Of a DNA stretch of 58,715 nucleotides, positions 20,450 to 29,409 are shown in pieces. This stretch comes from an uncultured virus (IMG/VR IMGVR_UViG_3300021473_000001). Taxonomy: Duplodnaviria > Heunggongvirae > Uroviricota > Caudoviricetes. Within the stretch, counting starts at the first letter, position 1. Each line of letters begins with the position of its first letter. The notes under the pieces were generated by a model, which had not been told where the DNA came from, ran no database searches, and saw only the letters and a list, made by a program, of their open reading frames with translations. Location: IMG/VR virus record IMGVR_UViG_3300021473_000001. One strand, 5' to 3'. The translations under genes were made by a program, and so were the position numbers.

Positions 20450-20796
20450 GCATGAAGGCATTGATAGTTGAAGATGATATTGTTTTTTTAACGGAGATAA
20501 AAATTTGTCTCTCAATGATGGAATGGGAAAGTGATGATGCAATGAACGGTTATGATGCCATTAAGTTACTTCAGAAAAATGAGTACGATTTGATTATAAC
20601 TGATATTATGATGAGCGAAATGAGCGGAATAAAGCTAATTGACTACATTAAACAAAAGTATAAGACACCAATACTAGTGATGACTTGCATGGATTTGAAT
20701 TACTTTGATAAAATTAAATACCCATATGTCTGGAATAAGATCGGGTTGGATGTATTACAAAAACTGATTAAAAAGGCAATAAATGGAAATCGATGA
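20446..20796 (+). CDS. Single-domain response regulator receiver (CheY-like)
   Basis: ALIVEDD, DLIITDIMM..MSG, PILVMT, terminal K. Confidence 0.85.
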   Translation: MSMKALIVEDDIVFLTEIKICLSMMEWESDDAMNGYDAIKLLQKNEYDLIITDIMMSEMSGIKLIDYIKQKYKTPILVMTCMDLNYFDKIKYPYVWNKIGLDVLQKLIKKAINGNR

Positions 20797-20990
20797 TTTG
20801 TTAATTGAGGTCGATTTGGAAATTTATGAAGAAGAACTGGAAAGGCTATGAACATACAGGATAAAACCGAAGTACGGGAGTTAATCCGTAACGCTTGCAG
20901 CCGACTAAACCACGGAAATACTATCTATTACGCACTTAGCTTTATGAAAGTCATCTAAGGATTTATTAATATTACAAATTTTGCAGATCT

Positions 20991-23900
20991 TCATAGTAAA
21001 TGTTTAATTTCATTAATTATCATTTTTCCTGAAATACTATTATGACATTCAAACTGTCTATCTGTTCCTTGATGATATTTACACCAATCCCAATCCCCTT
21101 TGTTGAATACTGTATCTATCTCGTTCCAACAACCATGACATATATTTTTATTAGTAATTCTGATACAATTTGTAGACCATTCATGCCAATCTTCTGTAAA
21201 ATTTGAAAGAAGTACAGTTTGTTTATTCATAGCAAAAGCAAGCCATCCAAGACCAGAACTTAATACTATTGCAAATTTACTATGATATATTACATTCATA
21301 GTATTTGATAAAGAGCTATCAAGAATTTGTGTACAATGATTAAATTCATTCTTTTCCTTAGAAACGTTAATGATATTATATCCTTTATTATATATATAAT
21401 CTATTACTTCTTGCCATGTTTCTTTTTTAAAGAACTTACAACCCATTGTCGAGTTTGTAGCAATCGTTACATAAGGTTTTGATGTAGGGAGTTTACCTAT
21501 TTTATAGGCTATTCTTGGTTGTAGTTCCTCATGATCAAGTCCTAGAATATTACTGGCACATTTCTGTAAAGAAATAGTGTTAGGAATCTCTGGCTCTCTC
21601 ATAGGATCATAAAACCATCCTGGTCTATATTGGGCTATAATATTATGAACAGTCATCCCTGGTTCTACGAATTCAAGTTCTGGATAGACACTCTTGAACA
21701 AATCATTCTTGAAGGTACTTACAATTACATGGCAATTGTGTTTCTCCTTAAACTTTAGAGCATAAGGTATCCATGCAATACTATCTCCCAAGGATGAGCT
21801 ATCGAATGATATTAAGACTCTCTGGCCTGTAAAATCTAATGTCTTATCGTAGATCAATATATCATCCTCCCACACCTTAGCAGTCCATTTGATAAAGTAT
21901 CTACGATGGAGCTGTACCCAATTATTAGCTGTTGTACTATGTTCATAATGGCACACTCCTTGTTCATCATAAAACTTTATATGATACATAGCAGTGCTTT
22001 CACCTGTGATTTCAAGGAAAGGAAAATCTACAAAGTGTTGTGTGATCTTTACAGCTGATGTTGGATTAGAAATTACTACAGCAGAATCATGTATTCGTAA
22101 ATATAACTCATTATGAGCTTCACCAAATTCTTTTATTGTATTATCTAAAGGAATATCATAATCTCGTTCTATGGTGGTAAGATCAGTATCAATAGATTGT
22201 AAATAATGAGTGAACATATCTCCATATGCTTCCAGATTCCTGGCAATGATTGGCAGACCATATCCAATAGCCTCCCTAAGAGCTAAAGGACTACATTCGA
22301 ATGTAGAATTAAACATGAAGATGTCTGCAGCCTGATAAAAAAGTTCAACGTCATCTCTTTCATCCCATATAGTGACATTGAAAGGTATATACTTCATCAA
22401 AGGTTCCCAATAGTCTTTAAAATTGCCTGCTCTGTTTCCTACAAAATGAAACTGCATGTTAGGATATCTTCTGGCAATCTCAAGTCCTTCTTTTTGATTT
22501 TTCCCTTTTGTCCAAAGTCCCACGTTTAAAACATGCTTCCTTCCTTTCTGCATTCCTAGTCTATTTTTAGCTTCTCCTTTATCCCATACTTTATAAGTAT
22601 TATTATCAATAGGAAACTGTATCACCTCTTTGTAAGAAACCATGTTCTTAAAGATTTCCATATGATAAGGAGTACAGAAAGCATATGCATCAGGATGAAA
22701 CTTCTTCTCAAGATCTGGTTTGAATACAACATTGTGACATGTCTCTACAATTCTCCAGGTTCTATCACTGGCATATAACTGACTCATTAATCTAAAAGGA
22801 CAGTTTGTAAGATGCTCTATCATCTCATCAATGTGAACTACATCAATTCGATTAGTTTTAATAATTTTCATTAGTTCTTCTTTATCTTCTCCTAGAGAAT
22901 AGAAATTACTAACTAATTTCATTATTTTGTCTCTTTGAACAATGAAGCGAGGGCTGACACATTGCCATTCTACTACATAAATTTCAACCTCTGGATTTAA
23001 CAGAAGAGCCTCTATTCTCTTCAAAAGGAATGCAGGCATCCCTCCTGTTGAAAGGTGACTAGGTAAGAAAAGTATACGCATTGGTTTGTTTTTTAATTTA
23101 TTATTGGTCTTAATGTTAATTACATCATCATTCATGGATATAGTATAGTTTGGATAATCAGGAATAATTTTTGTAGGATTATCCAATTGAGCAATTATAT
23201 CTATCATTTTGTTCATATTATCAATTTTCTTCTCACCATGTAAGAACATCAATTCTTCTTTTCTCTTAGGCATTGTCACCCACTCTTTCATATGTTTCCC
23301 ATATTCATATGTATTAAATACATCTGATATAGTTTCCAGTTTAGCATTAACATATACCAGGGGTAATCCTTTCTGTATGTTATATTTCCACAATAGTACA
23401 TTTACTATTGTCTCTTCGTGATATGGAGCATACCATTGTGGATTCTTTAACACAGCAGGATGATTACACATCCAATTCCACTCATCTAAGAATCCTATAG
23501 AATGTTGACCAGCTACAAAATAACCAGTTTGTCTGTATCTTTCTCTTACACATTGATCTACACCAAACAATGTACATGCAGGATGTTCCAGAGTAGTAGA
23601 CAGATCGTTTTTGCTTTCTGCTCCTCCTCTGCGATTGATGTGTAAATAATCATAAATACCTTCTACAAAATAAGGATGTGCAGCACCCACTGGATAGTAG
23701 TCAAATATACGATCTACGTACTGTGTAGCTATAGAATCAGAATCTACATAGGCCACAGTCTTGGCATAATTTTCCAGAGCATCTTTTATAACAAGAGGAC
23801 GTTGAATCATTGTTGGATATAACCTGGAATTCTCTCTATTGATAAATTCTTCTTGTGGAAGATTTGCAATATCACATTCCCAAGGAATAACTGTTGCACC

Positions 23901-24539
23901 TTCTATGTCTGCATAATAATCAAGTAGGTAAACAATAATAGGAATGTCACTGAATTTTCTGATAGAATTCACTGCTCCCTGTACAGTATTAATATAACTT
24001 CTTGTTGCATACAACACATACGCTTTCTCTTCTCTATGATCTGGGAATGTATAATATCCATAGTATTGATCACTGTATAAACAAACAAGACTAGGATAAC
24101 GTTCTTTCATCACTTCAGGAGTTAGATCTTCCTGATGATGAGTTTCATATCTATTACCATCGACTTCCCCTTGAGCCATCATGTAAGGTACAGCTACCAA
24201 ACACTGTTTTTCATAATTTTTAATCTTATTAATTAGACCCTGAGCATGTAGAGGAATAATATGTTCAAGTACATCACCAAGAATAATAACATCATAATCC
24301 TGTATATCAAAATTTAGAATGTCTTTGATGTAAACATTATCATAAAGACTTCGAAGTTTGAATTGTTCTACATAGGGTTCGTAGATTTCAACAGCATCAA
24401 TTCTATATCCTATAGAATGAAGCAGAGTAGCGTAAGTACCACAACCTGGCCCTACGTCAAGAATTCTTTTGGACGTAGGAATGTTCTCAAGAAACCATTG
24501 TTTGATTTCTTGTTTAAAAAGTGTGTAACTGTTTGGCAT
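20991..24539 (-). CDS. Multidomain enzyme: SAM methyltransferase + GT-A-like + GT4-like + TibC/Aah-like protein O-heptosyltransferase
   Basis: ILDVGPGCG; YVDSDS; HLSTGGMP...KNQ...ECSPLALREA; SLGDSIAW...LSSGLGWLA...CHGCWN...WDWC..H.GTDRQFEC (four-Cys iron-finger pattern). Confidence 0.8.
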   Translation of the reverse strand: MPNSYTLFKQEIKQWFLENIPTSKRILDVGPGCGTYATLLHSIGYRIDAVEIYEPYVEQFKLRSLYDNVYIKDILNFDIQDYDVIILGDVLEHIIPLHAQGLINKIKNYEKQCLVAVPYMMAQGEVDGNRYETHHQEDLTPEVMKERYPSLVCLYSDQYYGYYTFPDHREEKAYVLYATRSYINTVQGAVNSIRKFSDIPIIVYLLDYYADIEGATVIPWECDIANLPQEEFINRENSRLYPTMIQRPLVIKDALENYAKTVAYVDSDSIATQYVDRIFDYYPVGAAHPYFVEGIYDYLHINRRGGAESKNDLSTTLEHPACTLFGVDQCVRERYRQTGYFVAGQHSIGFLDEWNWMCNHPAVLKNPQWYAPYHEETIVNVLLWKYNIQKGLPLVYVNAKLETISDVFNTYEYGKHMKEWVTMPKRKEELMFLHGEKKIDNMNKMIDIIAQLDNPTKIIPDYPNYTISMNDDVINIKTNNKLKNKPMRILFLPSHLSTGGMPAFLLKRIEALLLNPEVEIYVVEWQCVSPRFIVQRDKIMKLVSNFYSLGEDKEELMKIIKTNRIDVVHIDEMIEHLTNCPFRLMSQLYASDRTWRIVETCHNVVFKPDLEKKFHPDAYAFCTPYHMEIFKNMVSYKEVIQFPIDNNTYKVWDKGEAKNRLGMQKGRKHVLNVGLWTKGKNQKEGLEIARRYPNMQFHFVGNRAGNFKDYWEPLMKYIPFNVTIWDERDDVELFYQAADIFMFNSTFECSPLALREAIGYGLPIIARNLEAYGDMFTHYLQSIDTDLTTIERDYDIPLDNTIKEFGEAHNELYLRIHDSAVVISNPTSAVKITQHFVDFPFLEITGESTAMYHIKFYDEQGVCHYEHSTTANNWVQLHRRYFIKWTAKVWEDDILIYDKTLDFTGQRVLISFDSSSLGDSIAWIPYALKFKEKHNCHVIVSTFKNDLFKSVYPELEFVEPGMTVHNIIAQYRPGWFYDPMREPEIPNTISLQKCASNILGLDHEELQPRIAYKIGKLPTSKPYVTIATNSTMGCKFFKKETWQEVIDYIYNKGYNIINVSKEKNEFNHCTQILDSSLSNTMNVIYHSKFAIVLSSGLGWLAFAMNKQTVLLSNFTEDWHEWSTNCIRITNKNICHGCWNEIDTVFNKGDWDWCKYHQGTDRQFECHNSISGKMIINEIKHLL

Positions 24540-24561
24540 TTTGTTGGTTTTAATACAATTT

Positions 24562-24569
24562 CAAAATTA
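24562..24569 (-). promoter_or_regulatory. Bacteroidota-type -7 promoter element (TAnnTTTG)
   Basis: TAATTTTG on the - strand 22 nt before the ATG of the glycosyltransferase; TATATTTG also at 35203-35210 and 54985-54992. Confidence 0.5.
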
Positions 24570-24676
24570 ATAAATTGTTTGGTGGAATCAAAATTAATAC
24601 ATAGTTTTGATTAACTATGTTAAGCACTATTTCTATGAAAGAATAGTGCTTTATTTTTGCTATTTTATCTATTGTC

Positions 24677-25105
24677 ATGACTATGAAGAATAATTTGGAA
24701 TTAGTCCAGGAACTACTGGAAACAAGATTAATAAGTCTAAATGAAAAAATTGACTCTAATAACAATCATATGTTAGAAGTCTTAGGCTTCATTAGAGAAC
24801 AGACAACAAAAACAAATGGACGAGTAACAACATTAGAATTACGAGTACCTGAGATAATTAGTGATGAAAATAAACACATACTCAATTGTCCCAGAATAAC
24901 TGAAATACAAAAATTAGAAGAAAAGTTAGAAAAATTCAATGATGACAACTTCATTATAAAAGTCATAAATAAATGGCCTAAACAAGTAATAGGAGTAATT
25001 GTGGTAAGTATTATACTTACAATAATTGCAACAGGATATAGTATTTATCAAGGTCATGAAATGATAACAGAAATTAAAACAGAATTATCAAAAACAACTA
25101 AATGA
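24677..25105 (+). CDS. Coiled-coil membrane protein of the lysis module
   Basis: EQTTKTNGRV motif, C-terminal TM helix; adjacent to the endolysin. Confidence 0.55.
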   Translation: MTMKNNLELVQELLETRLISLNEKIDSNNNHMLEVLGFIREQTTKTNGRVTTLELRVPEIISDENKHILNCPRITEIQKLEEKLEKFNDDNFIIKVINKWPKQVIGVIVVSIILTIIATGYSIYQGHEMITEIKTELSKTTK

Positions 25106-25713
25106 ATATAGTAATAAAATATTGGTATTCTTTTATCATATTGCTCTTGGTTGTTTTGCTTTTAGTATCAAGATGTAATCAACCTAAACCTGATCCTCAG
25201 AAACCTATTATTACAAGAGATACTGTATGGATCTCACATACAGACACTGTACATACAAAACCTAAATTAGTATATACAGATCCTAAAGTTAGAATTGATT
25301 CAATATTTTTACCAAATAAAGACTATGCAACACTTCGTAAACAGTATCAAGATCTACTTACACTTTATTTTCAAAGGAATGTTCTAAAAGACACTCTTAA
25401 ATTAGACTCCTTAGGAAAGGTATATATTACAGACACTTTATCAAAGAACCTTATTTCTGGAAGAGTGTATAATTATACAATAAAGTATCCTAAAGTAATC
25501 GAAACAATTACACTTTCTCCCATCTCACGAAATCAATTATATATAGGAGGAATGCTTCAAGGCAATATAACTAATCCTGTTAGTCAAATTAACACAGGAT
25601 TAATCCTGAAGAATAAGAAAGATCAACTCTATGGTATATCTGCAGGAATAAATAAAGATGGTCAAATGATAATAGGAGTATCATCATACTGGAAGATAAG
25701 TTTTAGAAAATGA
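25102..25713 (+). CDS. Putative spanin-like membrane protein
   Basis: N-terminal hydrophobic helix + SRC, DTV/DTL repeats, C-terminal beta strands ending YWKISF. Confidence 0.55.
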   Translation: MNIVIKYWYSFIILLLVVLLLVSRCNQPKPDPQKPIITRDTVWISHTDTVHTKPKLVYTDPKVRIDSIFLPNKDYATLRKQYQDLLTLYFQRNVLKDTLKLDSLGKVYITDTLSKNLISGRVYNYTIKYPKVIETITLSPISRNQLYIGGMLQGNITNPVSQINTGLILKNKKDQLYGISAGINKDGQMIIGVSSYWKISFRK

Positions 25714-25916
25714 TTGAATATTTAAAAAGTCTAATAAACTCAAAGCAACCAGAGAGTAGTAAAAGATTCATATCTTTAGTATCACTACTGATGTATATTA
25801 TAATTGTATTATATGCAATGATTAAACATGTAACAATTGATCCTCCTATAATTTATTCATTGATATCATTAATATTAGGAAGTTCAGCAATGACATTAGT
25901 TCAAAATAAACAATAA
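25710..25916 (+). CDS. Putative holin (2 TM)
   Basis: SSKRF followed by two hydrophobic helices; upstream of the endolysin. Confidence 0.65.
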   Translation: MIEYLKSLINSKQPESSKRFISLVSLLMYIIIVLYAMIKHVTIDPPIIYSLISLILGSSAMTLVQNKQ

Positions 25917-25918
25917 TA

Positions 25919-25949
25919 GTCGCACCTTGCAGAGGGCGTGGATTGAAAC
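25919..25949 (+). CRISPR. Solitary type I-C-like CRISPR repeat unit (no array, no cas genes seen)
   Basis: GTCGCACCTTGCAGAGGGCGTGGATTGAAAC, a GC-rich island in an AT-rich intergenic gap. Confidence 0.75.
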
Positions 25950-25971
25950 AAAATAAACAATAACAATAATA

Positions 25972-26490
25972 ATGGCACTGGATCAAACAACCCTATCTAG
26001 GATTATGCAACTTCATCCTGCTTTAATTAGAGAAGTTAAAGATCTGTATATGAATCAGATAGTTCCTGCTCTTAATAGTTCTGTATCCTGTAGATTTGCA
26101 TATACACTCAGATCTTTTGCTGATCAAGATCAATTATATGCACAAGGTAGAACAAAACTATTTGATCAGAGTGGTAAGCGTTTAGGGATAATTACTAATG
26201 CTAAAGGTGGTCAGAGTCTACATAATTATGGGATGGCTCTTGACATTGTATTACTTGATGGTGTAACTGCTTCCTGGAATACTATCAAAGATTATGATGG
26301 TGATGGTGATTCTGATTGGATAGAAATAGTTACTATTTTTAAAAATGCTGGTTGGGAATGGGGTGGTGATTTCGCATCTATTAAAGATGCCCCTCATTTT
26401 CAAAAAACATTTGGATATACTTGGCAAGATCTTTTAGAGAAATATAACCAAAAAGATTTTATTCCAGGTAGTTACTATGTTAATTTATAA
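25972..26490 (+). CDS. Endolysin, M15 family (L-Ala-D-Glu peptidase-like)
   Basis: RS...QDQLYAQGRT, TNAKGGQSLHNYGMALD, WGGDF...DAPHFQ. Confidence 0.9.
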   Translation: MALDQTTLSRIMQLHPALIREVKDLYMNQIVPALNSSVSCRFAYTLRSFADQDQLYAQGRTKLFDQSGKRLGIITNAKGGQSLHNYGMALDIVLLDGVTASWNTIKDYDGDGDSDWIEIVTIFKNAGWEWGGDFASIKDAPHFQKTFGYTWQDLLEKYNQKDFIPGSYYVNL

Positions 26491-26529
26491 AAATAATATA
26501 ACTTTACAATTCATTAAAAATATTAAGTC

Positions 26530-27948
26530 ATGCCAATCCCCAGCAGGCCAATAGGTCAAGACCCTGTATCAGAGCAGTTGTGGAGAATATCAAAACAATT
26601 TGAACAATTGATTGGACTAGCAAGTAAAATTTCACCTGTTCCACCTGTTCCACCTATTGTCAATAATATAGAAATACTATTTAATAGTATTGTAACTGCT
26701 GATCTTTTAATAGGTGGCAGTTCTTCTGATTTTAATGTATGGAACACATTCTTTGATCTCCCTACAAATGGTACACCTTTCACATCAGTTACAGTTAATG
26801 CCACAAAGGTTACATTATATGGTGGAAGTAACATTCATATAAAAGATTCATTGTTTGGTCCTCCCTCTGGATATGGTCTTTCTTTAATATCAATTGTTGA
26901 TAGTGGATGTATTGTTAGTGCTGGAGATTATTGTTTCGAGGGTGCTGGATTAAAAATTATTAATTTTAGTGCTTTAACAACAGCTGGAGAGGGTTGTTTC
27001 TATTATTGTACAGGACTAGTTTCTCCTAGTTTTCCTGTATTGACAACTGCTGGAAATGATTGTTTCAATAGTTGTACAGAACTAGTTTCTCCTGATTTTA
27101 GTGCTTTAACAACTGCTGGAGATAATTGTTTCAGTAGTTGTACAGGATTAATTAGTCCTAATTTTCTTGTATTGACAACAGCTGGAGAGGATTGTTTTGA
27201 TAGTTGTACAGAACTTGTTTCTCCTGATTTTAGTGCTTTAACAACTGCTGGAAATGGTTGTTTCAATAATTGTACAGGATTAATTAGTCCTAATTTTTCC
27301 AATTTAGCAACTGCTGGAACAATTTGTTTTGGTAGTTGTTCTAATTTATTTAATCCAGATTTTTCAAGTTTAGTAACAGCTAGTAGTGGTTGTTTCAATA
27401 GTTGTACAGGACTAGTTTCTCCTAGTTTTCCTGTATTGACAACTGCTGGAAATGATTGTTTCTATTATTGTACAGGACTAGTTTCTCTTGATTTTAGTGC
27501 TTTAACAACTGCTGGAGATAATTGTTTCCAAGGTTGTGAAGGACTTGTTTCTCCTGATTTTAGTGCTTTAGCAACTGCTGGAGATAATTGTTTCAATAGT
27601 TGTACAGGATTAATTAGTCCTAATTTTTCAAGTTTAGTAACAGCTAGTAGCGGTTGTTTTCAACTGTGCATTGCATTAGTAAGTCCTAGTTTCCCAAGTC
27701 TTACAACAGTTGGTGATAGTTGTTTTCAAGGTTGTACATCATTAACAACAATTAATCTTCCTATTTGTACTGCTTTAGGCTCTACAGTTGGAGATGATAG
27801 TGTATTTGGTGGAATAATAAATAATACAATAACGTTAACCGTTCCTTCAGCCTTAATGACTTGCAATGATGGAATTACTACCTTTGATCCAGATGGAGAT
27901 ATTCAATACTTAAATGCAAACAACACTTTAACAATAATACAAGTATGA
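26530..27948 (+). CDS. BspA-like (LRR_5) Cys-containing leucine-rich repeat surface protein
   Basis: About 12-13 repeats of 22 aa: F(S/P)xLTTAGxxCFxxCTGLxSPx. Confidence 0.8.
   Translation: MPIPSRPIGQDPVSEQLWRISKQFEQLIGLASKISPVPPVPPIVNNIEILFNSIVTADLLIGGSSSDFNVWNTFFDLPTNGTPFTSVTVNATKVTLYGGSNIHIKDSLFGPPSGYGLSLISIVDSGCIVSAGDYCFEGAGLKIINFSALTTAGEGCFYYCTGLVSPSFPVLTTAGNDCFNSCTELVSPDFSALTTAGDNCFSSCTGLISPNFLVLTTAGEDCFDSCTELVSPDFSALTTAGNGCFNNCTGLISPNFSNLATAGTICFGSCSNLFNPDFSSLVTASSGCFNSCTGLVSPSFPVLTTAGNDCFYYCTGLVSLDFSALTTAGDNCFQGCEGLVSPDFSALATAGDNCFNSCTGLISPNFSSLVTASSGCFQLCIALVSPSFPSLTTVGDSCFQGCTSLTTINLPICTALGSTVGDDSVFGGIINNTITLTVPSALMTCNDGITTFDPDGDIQYLNANNTLTIIQV
26900..27780 (+). repeat. 66-nt coding tandem repeats
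   Basis: Example: a 60-nt block at 27007 recurs at 27403 (6 x 66 nt apart). Confidence 0.9.
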
Positions 27949-29378
27949 CAATATCAAGTAGACCAATAGGTCAAGACCCAGTGTCACAACAATTGTGGCG
28001 TATATCTAAACAAATGGAACAGTTAATTGGTGTTGTAGCTAGGATTGTTCCTACCACAACAACTACTTCTACAAGTACATCTACTAGTACATCTACAAGT
28101 ACAACTACATCTACTAGTACAACCACTTCTACAACCACTACTGCATTACCAATTATTCAAGGAGCTTATTATCTTGCTCCAACTGGTGATGATATAACAG
28201 GAGATGGAACTTCTACTACTCCTTGGTTTACACTTAACAAAGCATGGACGGTTATTGGTGCTGGAGACACTGTTTATTTGCGTGGTGGAACATATGCTCA
28301 CAATTCACAACAATATCTTACAGGTAAAAATGGAACTGTGACAAACCCAATTAATATACTCGCTTACCCAAATGAAACTCCTGTTATTTCAAAGAGTATA
28401 AGTTACACAGAACCAACAGGAAAGGGAATAATATTTACAGGTGATTATTTTCGCTGGAAAGGAATTTCAGTTACAGGATTTGTGCAGATAGCGGTCGATG
28501 AGTGGCCCAGACCCTTCCATGCCGTTGACTGTGCCTACTGTACCTTCGAACAAATGGATATTCACCACAATGGATGGGGTTTTGAGTTGGGTCAAAGTGC
28601 TGGATCATCAAAAGTGACTACAGGTAATCTATTTCTCAATTGTGATTTCCATCATAATTATGACCCTTTGACAACAGATGCCTATGGTAATGCTGACGGA
28701 TTAGACTTGGGAAATATGACTTGTACAGGTGCAACTAATACTGTTAGAGGGTGTAGATTTTACTCCAATAGTGATGATGGTATTGATTTATGGAGCAATG
28801 ATGGTACTGTAATTATGGAAAACTGCTGGGCATTCTCTAATGGTTATCGTGAAGATGGAGTGACTACAGGGGGTGATGGTAATGGTTTTAAACTTGGATC
28901 GTCAACTATTAATCGTTCTACTGAAGTAACAAGAATACTAAATAACTGTATTGCAGTTACTAATAGATTTATTGGCATAATTGAAAATGCGGTGTTAGGA
29001 AAGACACAAGCATATAATAATACAATTTACCTAAATGCCTATGGCATTAAGTTATCCTCTTCAATCGCACATATTATTAAAAACAGTATTGCTTATAATA
29101 ATTCAGGCTATGATGTTGATCTAGGTTCAAATGTAGTTACTGCAACTAATTCATGGGTTGGAACTACAGACGTACCTGCTATTGCAATTACCAATGCAGA
29201 TTTTGTAAGTCTTGATTTAACATTATTATTAACTGCTCGTCAAGCGAATGGTGATTTACCTATCACTAACTTTTTAAGATTAGCAAATGGATCAGCCCTT
29301 ATTGATGCAGGAACAGACGTTGGTCTTCCTTATACTGGAACAGCACCTGATATTGGAGCCTATGAAAGTATTCCTTAA
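27945..29378 (+). CDS. Right-handed beta-helix polysaccharide lyase (PL9/PelL-like) with a Thr/Ser linker
   Basis: GDTVYLRGGTY, NADG, NSDDGIDLW, GDGNGFKLG, APDIGAYE. Confidence 0.8.
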   Translation: MTISSRPIGQDPVSQQLWRISKQMEQLIGVVARIVPTTTTTSTSTSTSTSTSTTTSTSTTTSTTTTALPIIQGAYYLAPTGDDITGDGTSTTPWFTLNKAWTVIGAGDTVYLRGGTYAHNSQQYLTGKNGTVTNPINILAYPNETPVISKSISYTEPTGKGIIFTGDYFRWKGISVTGFVQIAVDEWPRPFHAVDCAYCTFEQMDIHHNGWGFELGQSAGSSKVTTGNLFLNCDFHHNYDPLTTDAYGNADGLDLGNMTCTGATNTVRGCRFYSNSDDGIDLWSNDGTVIMENCWAFSNGYREDGVTTGGDGNGFKLGSSTINRSTEVTRILNNCIAVTNRFIGIIENAVLGKTQAYNNTIYLNAYGIKLSSSIAHIIKNSIAYNNSGYDVDLGSNVVTATNSWVGTTDVPAIAITNADFVSLDLTLLLTARQANGDLPITNFLRLANGSALIDAGTDVGLPYTGTAPDIGAYESIP

Positions 29379-29409
29379 TGTTAATTCGAAATTTTAAAAC
29401 CAACTACAT

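Noticed and set aside
20783..20958. Two very short ORFs after the receiver gene
   Set aside because: Too short and featureless to call; possibly remnants at an insertion boundary.
26900..27780. 66-nt repeats as a CRISPR array
   Set aside because: In-frame coding repeats with no unique spacers.
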